A stretch of DNA of 64,000 nt from an uncultured bacterium (lineage in GTDB: Bacteria > Patescibacteriota > Minisyncoccia > Phycocordibacterales > GWA1-40-21): NCBI GenBank assembly GCA_963804975.1, contig CAWDSG010000002.1, positions 405,015 to 469,014 on the forward strand, read 5' to 3'. Shown here in pieces: positions 10,030-18,408 of this stretch. The position numbers were made by a program, and so were the translations under genes. The notes under the pieces were generated by a model. That model was given only the letters and a program-made list of their open reading frames with translations. It searched no databases and was not told the origin of the DNA. The first letter of the stretch is position 1. Each line of letters opens with the position of its first letter.

Positions 10030-11856
10030 ATGGAAATTCGCAATATAGCAATAATCGCACACGTTGACCACGGTAAAACCACCCTCACAGACGCAATTTT
10101 GAGGCAAACGGGCATGGTGGAAGAAGGCGTGAGTATGGACAGCAATAAACTCGAACAAGAGCGCGGTATTACCATTTATGCCAAGAACACCTCCATTTTT
10201 TACAAGGATACAAAAATAAACATCGTTGATACTCCCGGTCACGCGGATTTCGGCTCAGAAGTTGAACGTGTTCTCCGCTCTATTGATACGGTACTTCTTG
10301 TGGTGGATGCGCAAGAAGGCCCGATGCCGCAAACTAGATTTGTCTTGAAAAAATCTCTTGAGCTCGGACTTAAACCGATTGTCGTTATAAATAAAATTGA
10401 CAAATCTGCCGCAAGACCGGAAGAAGCTCACGAAGAAGTGCTTGAACTTTTTATGGAACTTGGCGCAAATGACGAGCAACTGAACTTCCCTACTATTTAC
10501 GCTATCGGCAAAAAAGGCGTTGCGTGGAAAAACCTGCCTACCGGCCAGGCAGGTCTGAAAGATGAACGAAAAGACCTGCCTACCGGCCAGGCAGGTCTAA
10601 CTCCTCTTTTGGATCTGATTCTTGAAAAAATTCCGTCAGCTTCAACGCAGGAAAATCTCGCCGCTCCTTTTACGGCGCAAATTTTTAATCTCGCTTACGA
10701 TAATTTTCTCGGCAGAATGGGAATCGCCAGAATCTATACCGGAAAAGTAAAAGACGGACAGACAGTTTTTGTCAAAGACACAGACGAAAAAAGCAGACAA
10801 GCAAAAATCACAAAACTTTTCACTTTCAAAGGAATTCAAAGAGATGCCGTGCCGGAAGCCGCTGCCGGAGACATTGTTATGATTGCCGGAATTCCCGACG
10901 CTTACATCGGAGAAACTCTTTGCGAAAACACAGACCAAAAAGCTCTGCCTTCCATAAATATAGATGAGCCGACAATTTCTTTGAGTTTTTTGGTCAATGA
11001 TTCCCCGTTTGCAGGAAGAGAAGGAAAATTTGTTACAGGACGACAGATAAGAGAACGACTTGAAAAAGAATTGGAAGTAAATGTCGGGCTCAAAATAGAT
11101 TTTAATACCGATCCGATCACAGTTTACGGCAGAGGCGAACTTCACATCGCAATCTTGATAGAAAATATGCGCCGAGAAGGTTTTGAGCTTCAGGTTTCCC
11201 AACCGCAAGCAATTATTAAAGAAATTGACGGCGTAAGATCCGAACCGTTTGAAGAAGTCATCGTGGACGTGCCATCGGAATTCCAAGGAACGATCATTGA
11301 AAAACTCGGCAAAAGAAAAGGGATTATGAAAGATATGAAAATCAAAGACAACCAGGTCCGCATGGTCTTTGAAATTCCAACAAGAGGACTTCTTGGATAC
11401 AGAGGGGCTTTTATTATGGATACAAAAGGCCTTGGAATCCTTTCATCGCGATTTATCGGCTTCAAGCCATACACCGGAGAAATTCAGAAGCAAGAATTCG
11501 GCTCAATGACCTCAATGATTTCCGGAAAAGCTATGGCTTACTCGCTTTGGAACTTGCAGGAGCGCGGCGTGCTTTATATTGATCCTGCCATAGATATTTA
11601 TGAAGGAATGGTCATCGGACATGTTTTGAACGGCGAAAATCTTGAGGTAAACCCGATAAAAAATAAAAATCTTACGAACGTCCGCGCCTCGGCAAGCGAT
11701 GAAGCGCTTTATCTTGTTCCGCCATTTCGCCTTGATATTGAAAAAGGTTTGGAGATTATGCAAGACGATGAATATCTGGAAATCACTCCGAAATCCGTTC
11801 GTCTCCGAAAAAAGTTTTTGACTAAAAATGATAGATCAAAAGCCGGAAGAAAATAG
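10030..11856 (+). CDS. typA: translational GTPase TypA/BipA
   Basis: [20 protein letters not shown]-domain and overall BipA architecture. Carries a tandem 42-bp GC-rich palindromic insertion encoding [23 protein letters not shown]. Confidence 0.9.
   Translation: MEIRNIAIIAHVDHGKTTLTDAILRQTGMVEEGVSMDSNKLEQERGITIYAKNTSIFYKDTKINIVDTPGHADFGSEVERVLRSIDTVLLVVDAQEGPMPQTRFVLKKSLELGLKPIVVINKIDKSAARPEEAHEEVLELFMELGANDEQLNFPTIYAIGKKGVAWKNLPTGQAGLKDERKDLPTGQAGLTPLLDLILEKIPSASTQENLAAPFTAQIFNLAYDNFLGRMGIARIYTGKVKDGQTVFVKDTDEKSRQAKITKLFTFKGIQRDAVPEAAAGDIVMIAGIPDAYIGETLCENTDQKALPSINIDEPTISLSFLVNDSPFAGREGKFVTGRQIRERLEKELEVNVGLKIDFNTDPITVYGRGELHIAILIENMRREGFELQVSQPQAIIKEIDGVRSEPFEEVIVDVPSEFQGTIIEKLGKRKGIMKDMKIKDNQVRMVFEIPTRGLLGYRGAFIMDTKGLGILSSRFIGFKPYTGEIQKQEFGSMTSMISGKAMAYSLWNLQERGVLYIDPAIDIYEGMVIGHVLNGENLEVNPIKNKNLTNVRASASDEALYLVPPFRLDIEKGLEIMQDDEYLEITPKSVRLRKKFLTKNDRSKAGRK
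10532..10596 (+). repeat. tandem duplication of GC-rich palindromic element ACCTGCCTACCGGCCAGGCAGGT, in frame inside typA
   Basis: Two copies (10532..10554 and 10574..10596) of a 23-bp near-palindrome, GC-rich against an AT-rich background. Confidence 0.8.
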
Positions 11857-11885
11857 GTTCCGGTTTCTAGGTTTTAGGTTCTAAT

Positions 11886-11922
11886 AAAAAATCATTCTCC
11901 AAACTTGGAGAATGATTTTTTG
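11886..11922. terminator. bidirectional rho-independent terminator hairpin (typA / LysE-family gene)
   Basis: AAAAATCATTCTCCAA-AC-TTGGAGAATGATTTTTT: perfect 12-bp stem with A-run and T-run on either side. Confidence 0.75.
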
Positions 11923-11924
11923 TT

Positions 11925-12524
11925 TTAAAATACGTTTAATAAAGTTTTTATACCTAGTATCATAAGTACAATGGCAAGAATTTTAAAAGTAATGCTTACC
12001 AGATTTTTCTTTTCTAAAACTGGACGGAATTTAAAGAATACAAAAGCCAGCAATGTAGTTGCTAAGAGCCAAGCAATTTCAAATATAAACAGAAAAATGA
12101 ATTTTCCGCCAATAAGAACGCTGTCCAGTATTAAGGCCTTCGGAATTCCCACGGCTATCCAAAAGATCCAATAACCGCTGTTTAGAGCCGTTAAAATTAT
12201 GATCTGATAAAAAGTGAGAATCTGTTTTGATTCGATATTTATTTTTTCTATTTTCCAAACCTTGGAAGCCAGCCAAAAAAGAACGATTGCCCCGCCAATT
12301 GAAATGATCTGTATGGCAATTTTTGACAGACCGATCTTGTAAACAATATAAATGGCCAAAAAAGCGCCGACAGTTTCGGCAATCAGAGCCAAAAAAACAA
12401 TCCTCATTCCCTTTCGGAAACTGCTATTTAAAATCTCAGCAAACGTTCCTGTAAGAATCGGGCCGGGAGTGGCTCCGCCGATCAATCCCAAAAGAAAAGC
12501 TTCAAATAATGAACCTATGACCAT
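11925..12524 (-). CDS. LysE/RhtB-family amino-acid exporter-like membrane protein
   Basis: Multi-TM protein with GPILTGTFAEILNSSFRKG segment resembling LysE translocators. Confidence 0.5.
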   Translation of the reverse strand: MVIGSLFEAFLLGLIGGATPGPILTGTFAEILNSSFRKGMRIVFLALIAETVGAFLAIYIVYKIGLSKIAIQIISIGGAIVLFWLASKVWKIEKINIESKQILTFYQIIILTALNSGYWIFWIAVGIPKALILDSVLIGGKFIFLFIFEIAWLLATTLLAFVFFKFRPVLEKKNLVSITFKILAIVLMILGIKTLLNVF

Positions 12525-12580
12525 GTTCGTATGATATCAATAATTTAACTAACTTTAAACTCCTTATTTATATTGATAAT

Positions 12581-12614
12581 AAAAATCATTCGCCAAGTTT
12601 GGCGAATGATTTTG
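12581..12614. terminator. terminator hairpin, near-identical paralog of the 11886 hairpin
   Basis: AAAAATCATTCGCCAA-GT-TTGGCGAATGATTTTG. Differs from the 11886 copy by compensatory stem changes (TCTCC/GGAGA to TCGCC/GGCGA). Confidence 0.7.
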
Positions 12615-12628
12615 ATGAAGCTCAATAT

Positions 12629-12856
12629 TTATTTTCTTGGATAAACCCTTTTAATGGTACGGCCCATAGCTTCAGCTATTGACTTACCGATATACCGTCG
12701 TCCACGAAGAACATCATTTAGATATTGTGGCGAAATATTTAATTCTTGAGCCGCTTTTTTCTGACCTCCTTTTGATTTTACAAACTCATTAATTTCCTCT
12801 AAAAAATCTTCTTCAGAAAGCGGTTCTTTTTGATTGCTTCCTATTTTATCAGTCAT
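12629..12856 (-). CDS. XRE-like helix-turn-helix DNA-binding protein (75 aa)
   Basis: GGQKKAAQELNISPQYLNDVLRGRRYIGKSIAEAMG fits an HTH_XRE pattern. Solitary, with no toxin partner seen. Confidence 0.5.
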   Translation of the reverse strand: MTDKIGSNQKEPLSEEDFLEEINEFVKSKGGQKKAAQELNISPQYLNDVLRGRRYIGKSIAEAMGRTIKRVYPRK

Positions 12857-12988
12857 GATGACCTCCAGAAAATGTTGAGAAACTAAGTTGTATCTGTAAA
12901 AAATCTTCCGATTATCAGCATAATGTTATTTAATAATTTGTCAAATCTTATTTGTTTTAAATACTAATTTTGATACAATGTATAAGTT

Positions 12989-14083
12989 ATGCCAGAAAAT
13001 ATTAACAGAAACAAAGTTTCCACTGAACCTTACAAAGGCGTGAGGGATTTTTATCCTGAAGATATGGCCGTTCAAAACTATATTTTTGATGTCTGGAAAA
13101 AAACCGCGGAAAGCTTCGGATATCAGGAATACAACGCTTCGGTGCTAGAACCGGCAAGTTTGTATAAAGCAAAATCCGGCGATGAAATCGTAAACGAGCA
13201 AATGTATGTGTTTACCGATAAAGGCGACAGAGAAGTCGCCCTAAGGCCAGAAATGACGCCAACAGTAGCTAGAATGATAGCAGCTAAAAGAAAGGAGCTT
13301 AAATTCCCTATTCGTTGGTACTCAATACCGAATGCATTCAGATATGAAAAACCGCAGCGAGGCAGAACTAGAGAATTTTTTCAATTCAATGCAGATATTT
13401 TCGGCGTTGAAAATATTCAGGCCGATATAGAAATGATTTCTCTCGCCTACCAGATAATGAAAAACTTCGGATTCAAAGACGATCAATTTGAAATTAAAAT
13501 AAATGTTAGCGCCGGCGCAACGAAAAAAGACGCGGAATTCATGATGAAAGAGCTCGCAAAAATCGGCATCAAAAACACAAGCTTTGACGAAGGAATTGTG
13601 CGAGGAATGGAATATTACACAGGCATTGTTTTTGAAATATACGATACGGGAAAAGAAAATCCTCGAGCAATTTTCGGTGGCGGACGATATGACAATCTCC
13701 TTGATATTTTTGATGCGGAAAAGATCCCCGCTGTCGGTTTCGGCATGGGAGATGTCATTATGCGCGATATGCTTGGAACATACGGCCTATTGCCTAAAAT
13801 TGAGGCCCCTGCAAAGCTTTATGTTTGCGTCTTAAACCAAGATTCTATTGCCTATGCGCAAGATTTGGCACAAAAAACTAGAGATTCCGGTGTAAGCACG
13901 ATAGTGGATTATTCCGGAAAGAAAGTTGGAGAACAAATACAATACGCCGATAAAAACAATATTCCGTATGTTGTTATTATTGGAGAAAATGAAATTAAAA
14001 CCGGCAAATTAAAGGTAAAAGAACTTTCCACAGGAAAAGAAACGGAGGTCACGAAAGATACGATAGCTAATGCAATAAAATAA
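12989..14083 (+). CDS. hisS: histidyl-tRNA synthetase (compact form)
   Basis: Class II motifs RPEMTPTVARM, FRYEKPQRGRTREFFQFNADIFG, GGGRYDNL and a C-terminal anticodon-binding domain. 364 aa, lacks the insertion domain. Confidence 0.8.
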   Translation: MPENINRNKVSTEPYKGVRDFYPEDMAVQNYIFDVWKKTAESFGYQEYNASVLEPASLYKAKSGDEIVNEQMYVFTDKGDREVALRPEMTPTVARMIAAKRKELKFPIRWYSIPNAFRYEKPQRGRTREFFQFNADIFGVENIQADIEMISLAYQIMKNFGFKDDQFEIKINVSAGATKKDAEFMMKELAKIGIKNTSFDEGIVRGMEYYTGIVFEIYDTGKENPRAIFGGGRYDNLLDIFDAEKIPAVGFGMGDVIMRDMLGTYGLLPKIEAPAKLYVCVLNQDSIAYAQDLAQKTRDSGVSTIVDYSGKKVGEQIQYADKNNIPYVVIIGENEIKTGKLKVKELSTGKETEVTKDTIANAIK

Positions 14084-14084
14084 A

Positions 14085-14690
14085 ATGCGCAAAATAGTTT
14101 TTGATATTGAAACAAGCAATGATTTCTTGTATGTCGGACTAGGCGATCTATCCAAGCTGGATTTGTCCGTTGTCTGCATTTACGATTACGAAACCGGCAA
14201 ATATTCCAGTTTCACGGAGGGTACACTGAAGGACCTCTGGCCGATTTTAGAAAAAGCGGAATTGCTTATCGGCTACAATAGCGATCATTTTGATATTCCA
14301 ATTTTAAATAAATATTATTCCGGAGACCTTTCAAAAATCAAAAGTTTGGATCTGATGAAAGAAATAAAGAAATCCCTGGGCAGAAGAATTAAGCTTGATA
14401 CTATCGCGGAAGCAACGCTTGGCAGGAATAAAACCGGAAGCGGAATAGATGCGATTAATTGGTGGAAGGCCGGAGAAAAGCAAAAAGTCATTGATTATTG
14501 CATTGAGGATGTGAAAATAACAAAAGAAGTTTACGAATACGCTCTGAAAAACGGCTTTCTCAAATACAAAGACGGACTTGGCCGCCTGCCCGGCCAAGGA
14601 TCAGGCAAAGAAATAAAAGAAATCCCGATTGATACTTCAAAATGGCAAGATATTGATAATTCAAAAATGACTTTCACCTTGCCGTTTTAA
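14085..14690 (+). CDS. DEDD-family 3'-5' exonuclease (DnaQ/RNase D-like)
   Basis: FDIETSN (Exo I), YNSDHFDIPIL (Exo II), YCIEDV (Exo III) motifs. Contains a GC-rich palindrome insertion near the C-terminus (LPGQGSG). Confidence 0.55.
   Translation: MRKIVFDIETSNDFLYVGLGDLSKLDLSVVCIYDYETGKYSSFTEGTLKDLWPILEKAELLIGYNSDHFDIPILNKYYSGDLSKIKSLDLMKEIKKSLGRRIKLDTIAEATLGRNKTGSGIDAINWWKAGEKQKVIDYCIEDVKITKEVYEYALKNGFLKYKDGLGRLPGQGSGKEIKEIPIDTSKWQDIDNSKMTFTLPF
14585..14599 (+). repeat. GC-rich palindromic element copy (CCTGCCCGGCCAAGG), in frame in the exonuclease gene
   Basis: Same motif family as in typA, leuS, rsmH, lysS, greA and priA. Confidence 0.6.
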
Positions 14691-14693
14691 TAA

Positions 14694-14772
14694 CTCACAT
14701 TCGGTAAAAATTTTAGCTCAAAAACTCGCTTCGCTCAAACAGTTCTCGCTGAAAATTTTTACCGAATGTGAG
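14694..14772. repeat. hairpin-embedded conserved-core element, copy 2: 18-bp IR flanking core GCTCAAAAACTCGCTTCGCTCAAACAGTTCTCGC (reverse orientation)
   Basis: Sits exactly between the convergent stop codons of the exonuclease gene and mltG. Core is identical to the 57934 copy. Confidence 0.8.
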
Positions 14773-14773
14773 T

Positions 14774-15763
14774 TTACTTCAAATATTTCGCGATGTTCGT
14801 GTCCTGTTCTTCCAATGTCTTTGCATAATGTATATTTCCTTCGCTGTCGCTCAAAAAGTAGAGATACGGCGTTGCGGTCGGCTCTATCGCATCCTCTATC
14901 GCGGAAAGTCCGGGATTTGAAATCGGGGTTGGCGGCAAGCCGGAATGATTGTAAGAATTGTACAGCGAATCGGATTTCAGATCATGCGTTGTTGTGCTGT
15001 AAAGATAGTCAATATACTTAAATGAAGAATCCACCTGAAGAGCCATCCCGAGCTTGATGCGCTTCCATAAAATGCCCGCGATGATTTTTCTCGATTCGTC
15101 GGTGTTGGCCTCATCTTCAAGTATTGAGGCCATTTTGATGACATCGGATTCCGGTTTGCCGAAGGTTTTGATGCCGCTTTCAGCCATTTTTATTTTTTCA
15201 TCGAAATTGCCTTTCATAATTTTAATTATGTCGTTTTCATCCGTATTCGGCAAAAGAAGATAGGTATCCGGAAAAAGATAACCCTCAAGATTCTGGCTTT
15301 TAATCAGATTTAAAAATATCTGCTTATTGAAAGTCGGGATGTATTTCGCGTAAATATCGGCAATCTGATATGAATTAAGGCCTTCCGGAATCGTTATTTT
15401 CAGCGGCTTGACATCGAAATCGCCGTGAGAAATTCTCCATGCGAGCTCAATTGCATTTTGCCGCGCATACAAAGCGTAATCTCCGGCGATCGTTTTCCGT
15501 TCACCGAATGAAAAAAGATATATGAATGTCTTGAACCAAAACGGAGAACGTATCACCCCCATATTAAGCAGATTATAAGCGGTTTTTGCGTACACTTCTC
15601 CTGATTTCAAATCGTATGCCGAACCGGCCGGAAATGCCGCAGGCGCCGACCAAAAAAAAGCGTTGAACGACACGGCAACAACCGCTAAAAAAAGCAAAAA
15701 AAATTGCTTCGTAAAAAATCTTTTGTATGGCTTGAACCATTCAAGTAAGGCCTGGTATCGCAT
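14774..15763 (-). CDS. mltG: endolytic murein transglycosylase MltG (YceG-like)
   Basis: N-terminal TM; C-terminal GLPPTPISNPGLSAIEDAIEPTATPYLYF signature of the YceG/MltG family. Confidence 0.8.
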   Translation of the reverse strand: MRYQALLEWFKPYKRFFTKQFFLLFLAVVAVSFNAFFWSAPAAFPAGSAYDLKSGEVYAKTAYNLLNMGVIRSPFWFKTFIYLFSFGERKTIAGDYALYARQNAIELAWRISHGDFDVKPLKITIPEGLNSYQIADIYAKYIPTFNKQIFLNLIKSQNLEGYLFPDTYLLLPNTDENDIIKIMKGNFDEKIKMAESGIKTFGKPESDVIKMASILEDEANTDESRKIIAGILWKRIKLGMALQVDSSFKYIDYLYSTTTHDLKSDSLYNSYNHSGLPPTPISNPGLSAIEDAIEPTATPYLYFLSDSEGNIHYAKTLEEQDTNIAKYLK

Positions 15764-15768
15764 AATAA

Positions 15769-17160
15769 TTATACGGGAAGGTTTGCCGGGGCTTCCGATT
15801 TCTTTGAAGGAACTCTTTTGAGAGTAGGCGTCTGGGAAACAATTCCGCTCGGAAAATGGAATATGGTGGCAAGCTCTTCCGTGTTCATAATAAACGGTTT
15901 TTGGTGATAAAAATGCTTATACGGCCACTGGAAAAATGATCTAAGCTTATAAGCGTGGAAAATACCGCTTTTGTATTCAAGTATTTTGGCTTTGTTTGAT
16001 TTAAAAGAATCAAAAATATCAAAAGAAAAGTGATTTTCAAAAAATGGAAATATCCTTGTAAAATCTTTTCTTGTATCGCCAATATCGGTTAAAAAACTAA
16101 ACATTAAACCATTAAGATTCTTTGAATTATACTGTCGCAAACATCCGATTATGCCGCTTATGCGGACAGAATTAAATGCGTCTTTTTCCGCAATATACAT
16201 GCTTCGTATCATGCAATCAAAAGGCACCTTGCCCGCGCTTCTCTCAAGCGCCGCTATAACTTCCGTCTGGCCTTTTGTCGGATTCGGAAATTTAAAAATC
16301 TTTTCTTCATCTTCGCCTTCTTTCGGTTTTGGAACCGCAGCTTGCCTGACTTTTTCCACTTCAATTTCATGTTCCTCTTTGATATCCCTTGCTCTTCCAA
16401 ACAAAGAAATCCAGAATTTTTGAAAAATATTAGCTTTTTTAATATCTTTTACTTTTATAGCAAGAGTGCCGTGATGCCAAGCTTCTGGTTCATGCTTTTG
16501 CACCAATATCTGGATCCAAACATTTTCGCCTGCTTTTATTGAACCCAAAAATTCCAAAACCGATGTCAATGGATCTATTTTGTATTCTTCTTTTGCATCC
16601 TGATCAAGCCCGTAATCAATGTATGTCTTTATGGGATACGGATCAGGCTGGATGAATTTATACTGGACTCCGTACATAAAATATTTTTCCATATCAAAAT
16701 GCACAGAGGCCGTATAATCGTCTTTTTCGGAAACCTCGTAGATTTCAAGATTTGGATATTGGGCATAAAGCTGCGCCTCAATGACATTTTTATATTTTGC
16801 CTGGCTGCACCATATGAAAAATTTCACTTCCCCGCCGATGGAAACAAGCTCGCACGAAAACCACGGCCTTGTCTTGCCTTCAATGAACGCTTCTCCGTAA
16901 TTTGACGCTCCGGTTTGGGCAAGATGCGAAAAAAATATTTCCATTCCGGCCGGCGACTTCAGAATCTCTTTCGGCAATTTGATTTCAAGAAGGCAGGTCT
17001 TTTGGGCTTCAACAAATTTTAACGTAATCCATCTGTAGCGCAAAATCCAAAACGCGACAATAAGCATCAAAGGCAAAAATATCGGCAGCAAAATTATCAA
17101 CGATTTGATAACCACCGGGAAAAGCCCCTGATTAAATGATTTTATTAATATTTGGATCAC
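15769..17160 (-). CDS. hypothetical membrane-anchored protein (463 aa)
   Basis: ORF track. Two N-terminal TM helices. No recognisable motif. Confidence 0.45.
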   Translation of the reverse strand: MIQILIKSFNQGLFPVVIKSLIILLPIFLPLMLIVAFWILRYRWITLKFVEAQKTCLLEIKLPKEILKSPAGMEIFFSHLAQTGASNYGEAFIEGKTRPWFSCELVSIGGEVKFFIWCSQAKYKNVIEAQLYAQYPNLEIYEVSEKDDYTASVHFDMEKYFMYGVQYKFIQPDPYPIKTYIDYGLDQDAKEEYKIDPLTSVLEFLGSIKAGENVWIQILVQKHEPEAWHHGTLAIKVKDIKKANIFQKFWISLFGRARDIKEEHEIEVEKVRQAAVPKPKEGEDEEKIFKFPNPTKGQTEVIAALERSAGKVPFDCMIRSMYIAEKDAFNSVRISGIIGCLRQYNSKNLNGLMFSFLTDIGDTRKDFTRIFPFFENHFSFDIFDSFKSNKAKILEYKSGIFHAYKLRSFFQWPYKHFYHQKPFIMNTEELATIFHFPSGIVSQTPTLKRVPSKKSEAPANLPV

Positions 17161-17197
17161 GAGTTAATTATAACAAAATAAAAAACAAAAAGAAAAT

Positions 17198-17274
17198 CCG
17201 TTCATAATAAATTTTATACGAGAAACTGTCCGAGCGAAGCGGGTTTTTCCGAGAAGAAAATTTATTATGAGCGG
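17198..17274. repeat. hairpin-embedded conserved-core element, copy 3 (core CGAGAAACTGTCCGAGCGAAGCGGGTTTTTCCGAGAAG inside an 18-bp IR)
   Basis: IR CCGTTCATAATAAATTTT / AAAATTTATTATGAGCGG. Lies between two minus-strand genes, downstream of 17279..18313. Confidence 0.7.
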
Positions 17275-17278
17275 ATTT

Positions 17279-18313
17279 TTACTTTACCACTTCATACTTG
17301 CCATCCTTATTTTTTCTGAAATATTTTTTGTTCTGGAGATTGATGACAATAGTGTTTTCCTTGACGTATCTTTCCTTCATTACTTTGTCGATAATGTCTT
17401 TTTTCGTCATCGGACCGTTCTTTTCTATGATTTTTCGTATGACATCTTTCACCACTCCGCTCATATAGCCCCATTCCGAAAGAGCGTACAAACCTCTGCC
17501 GACAAGCACAAATCTAGGATCTTTTATAAGTTCATTATGAGTTGTAGCTATGTGCGCTTTTTTATTAAATACGGCGGTAATTGCTTTTGCAACCTCTCTG
17601 AAATGGATCGGCGAACCATGCTTTCTGATGACCAGATATGCATAATCCCTCACGCCTTTTGTGCTGATATTCGGAGATTTTGTCCGGCCCCATTCGCCAA
17701 GGGGATTTTTTGAGACCTTCTTCGAAATGTTCATCCATCTTTTTGCAATCTCTTCGGTTTTATACTGTTCGGAAATATTTTCTATATAGCTTAAAAATCT
17801 TTTTATCATTTCCGGCTCTGATACAAGCTCGTCGTCTTTTAAGCTTTCATAAAGTTTTTTTAGCGATCCTTCTATTTTTTCTCTGAGATCTTTGTCGATA
17901 AACCATCGATGTTTGAAATCTTCATCTTCTTTCATCCTATTGAACGGATGGCCGATGACAAGCAAAAAATTCATCTGATTTTGCGTACCCTTGTCTTTTG
18001 AGACATGATTGAGCAGATCATGTTCCACGACAATTCCGCCCAAACTGTGAATGAGTTTTTCTATTTCATCAAATGTGGATTTTTCTTCCGTATAGTTTTT
18101 TGATTTTCGTATGACTCCAATAGCATGGTTTTCTATCTGCCTTACCCTTTCTCTCGTAATGCCGTAAGTTTTTCCGATAGCATCTAGCGTCATATGCTCG
18201 GGATTTTTTCCCAAACCGTATCGCTTGGTAATTACGTCTCTTGACCTTTCGTGGAGTGCGAGCAGTAATTTCTTGACCGACTGCTTCGGCTTAAAACTTA
18301 TTGTGTTCTTCAT
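17279..18313 (-). CDS. sigma-70 region-4 domain protein with C-terminal HARE-HTH-like domain
   Basis: N-terminal ALHERSRDVITKRYGLG..TLDAIGKTYGITRERVRQIENHAI is sigma-70 region 4. C-terminal IHFREVAKAI...DPRFVLVGRGLYALSEWGY matches the HARE-HTH pattern of RpoE/delta. Confidence 0.5.
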   Translation of the reverse strand: MKNTISFKPKQSVKKLLLALHERSRDVITKRYGLGKNPEHMTLDAIGKTYGITRERVRQIENHAIGVIRKSKNYTEEKSTFDEIEKLIHSLGGIVVEHDLLNHVSKDKGTQNQMNFLLVIGHPFNRMKEDEDFKHRWFIDKDLREKIEGSLKKLYESLKDDELVSEPEMIKRFLSYIENISEQYKTEEIAKRWMNISKKVSKNPLGEWGRTKSPNISTKGVRDYAYLVIRKHGSPIHFREVAKAITAVFNKKAHIATTHNELIKDPRFVLVGRGLYALSEWGYMSGVVKDVIRKIIEKNGPMTKKDIIDKVMKERYVKENTIVINLQNKKYFRKNKDGKYEVVK

Positions 18314-18408
18314 ACTTTAATAATGATTAATAATGCCTAATATTTGATGAACGTCTTGTCAAGGCATATTAGCACCCCCCATAAATAAAGTCAACAGCCC
18401 CTTGACCT

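Noticed and set aside
10532-10615. Possible CRISPR-like repeat (a short palindromic repeat with a spacer)
   Set aside because: Only two units, lying inside and in frame with typA, with no cas genes and no leader. It is a tandem duplication of the in-frame palindromic element, not a CRISPR array. No CRISPR array was seen anywhere in the window.
11886-12614. Treating the two hairpins as MITE ends that mobilise the LysE-family gene
   Set aside because: Each hairpin is a self-contained palindrome with A/T runs in terminator position. No target-site duplication is visible. Retained only as an alternative in findings.
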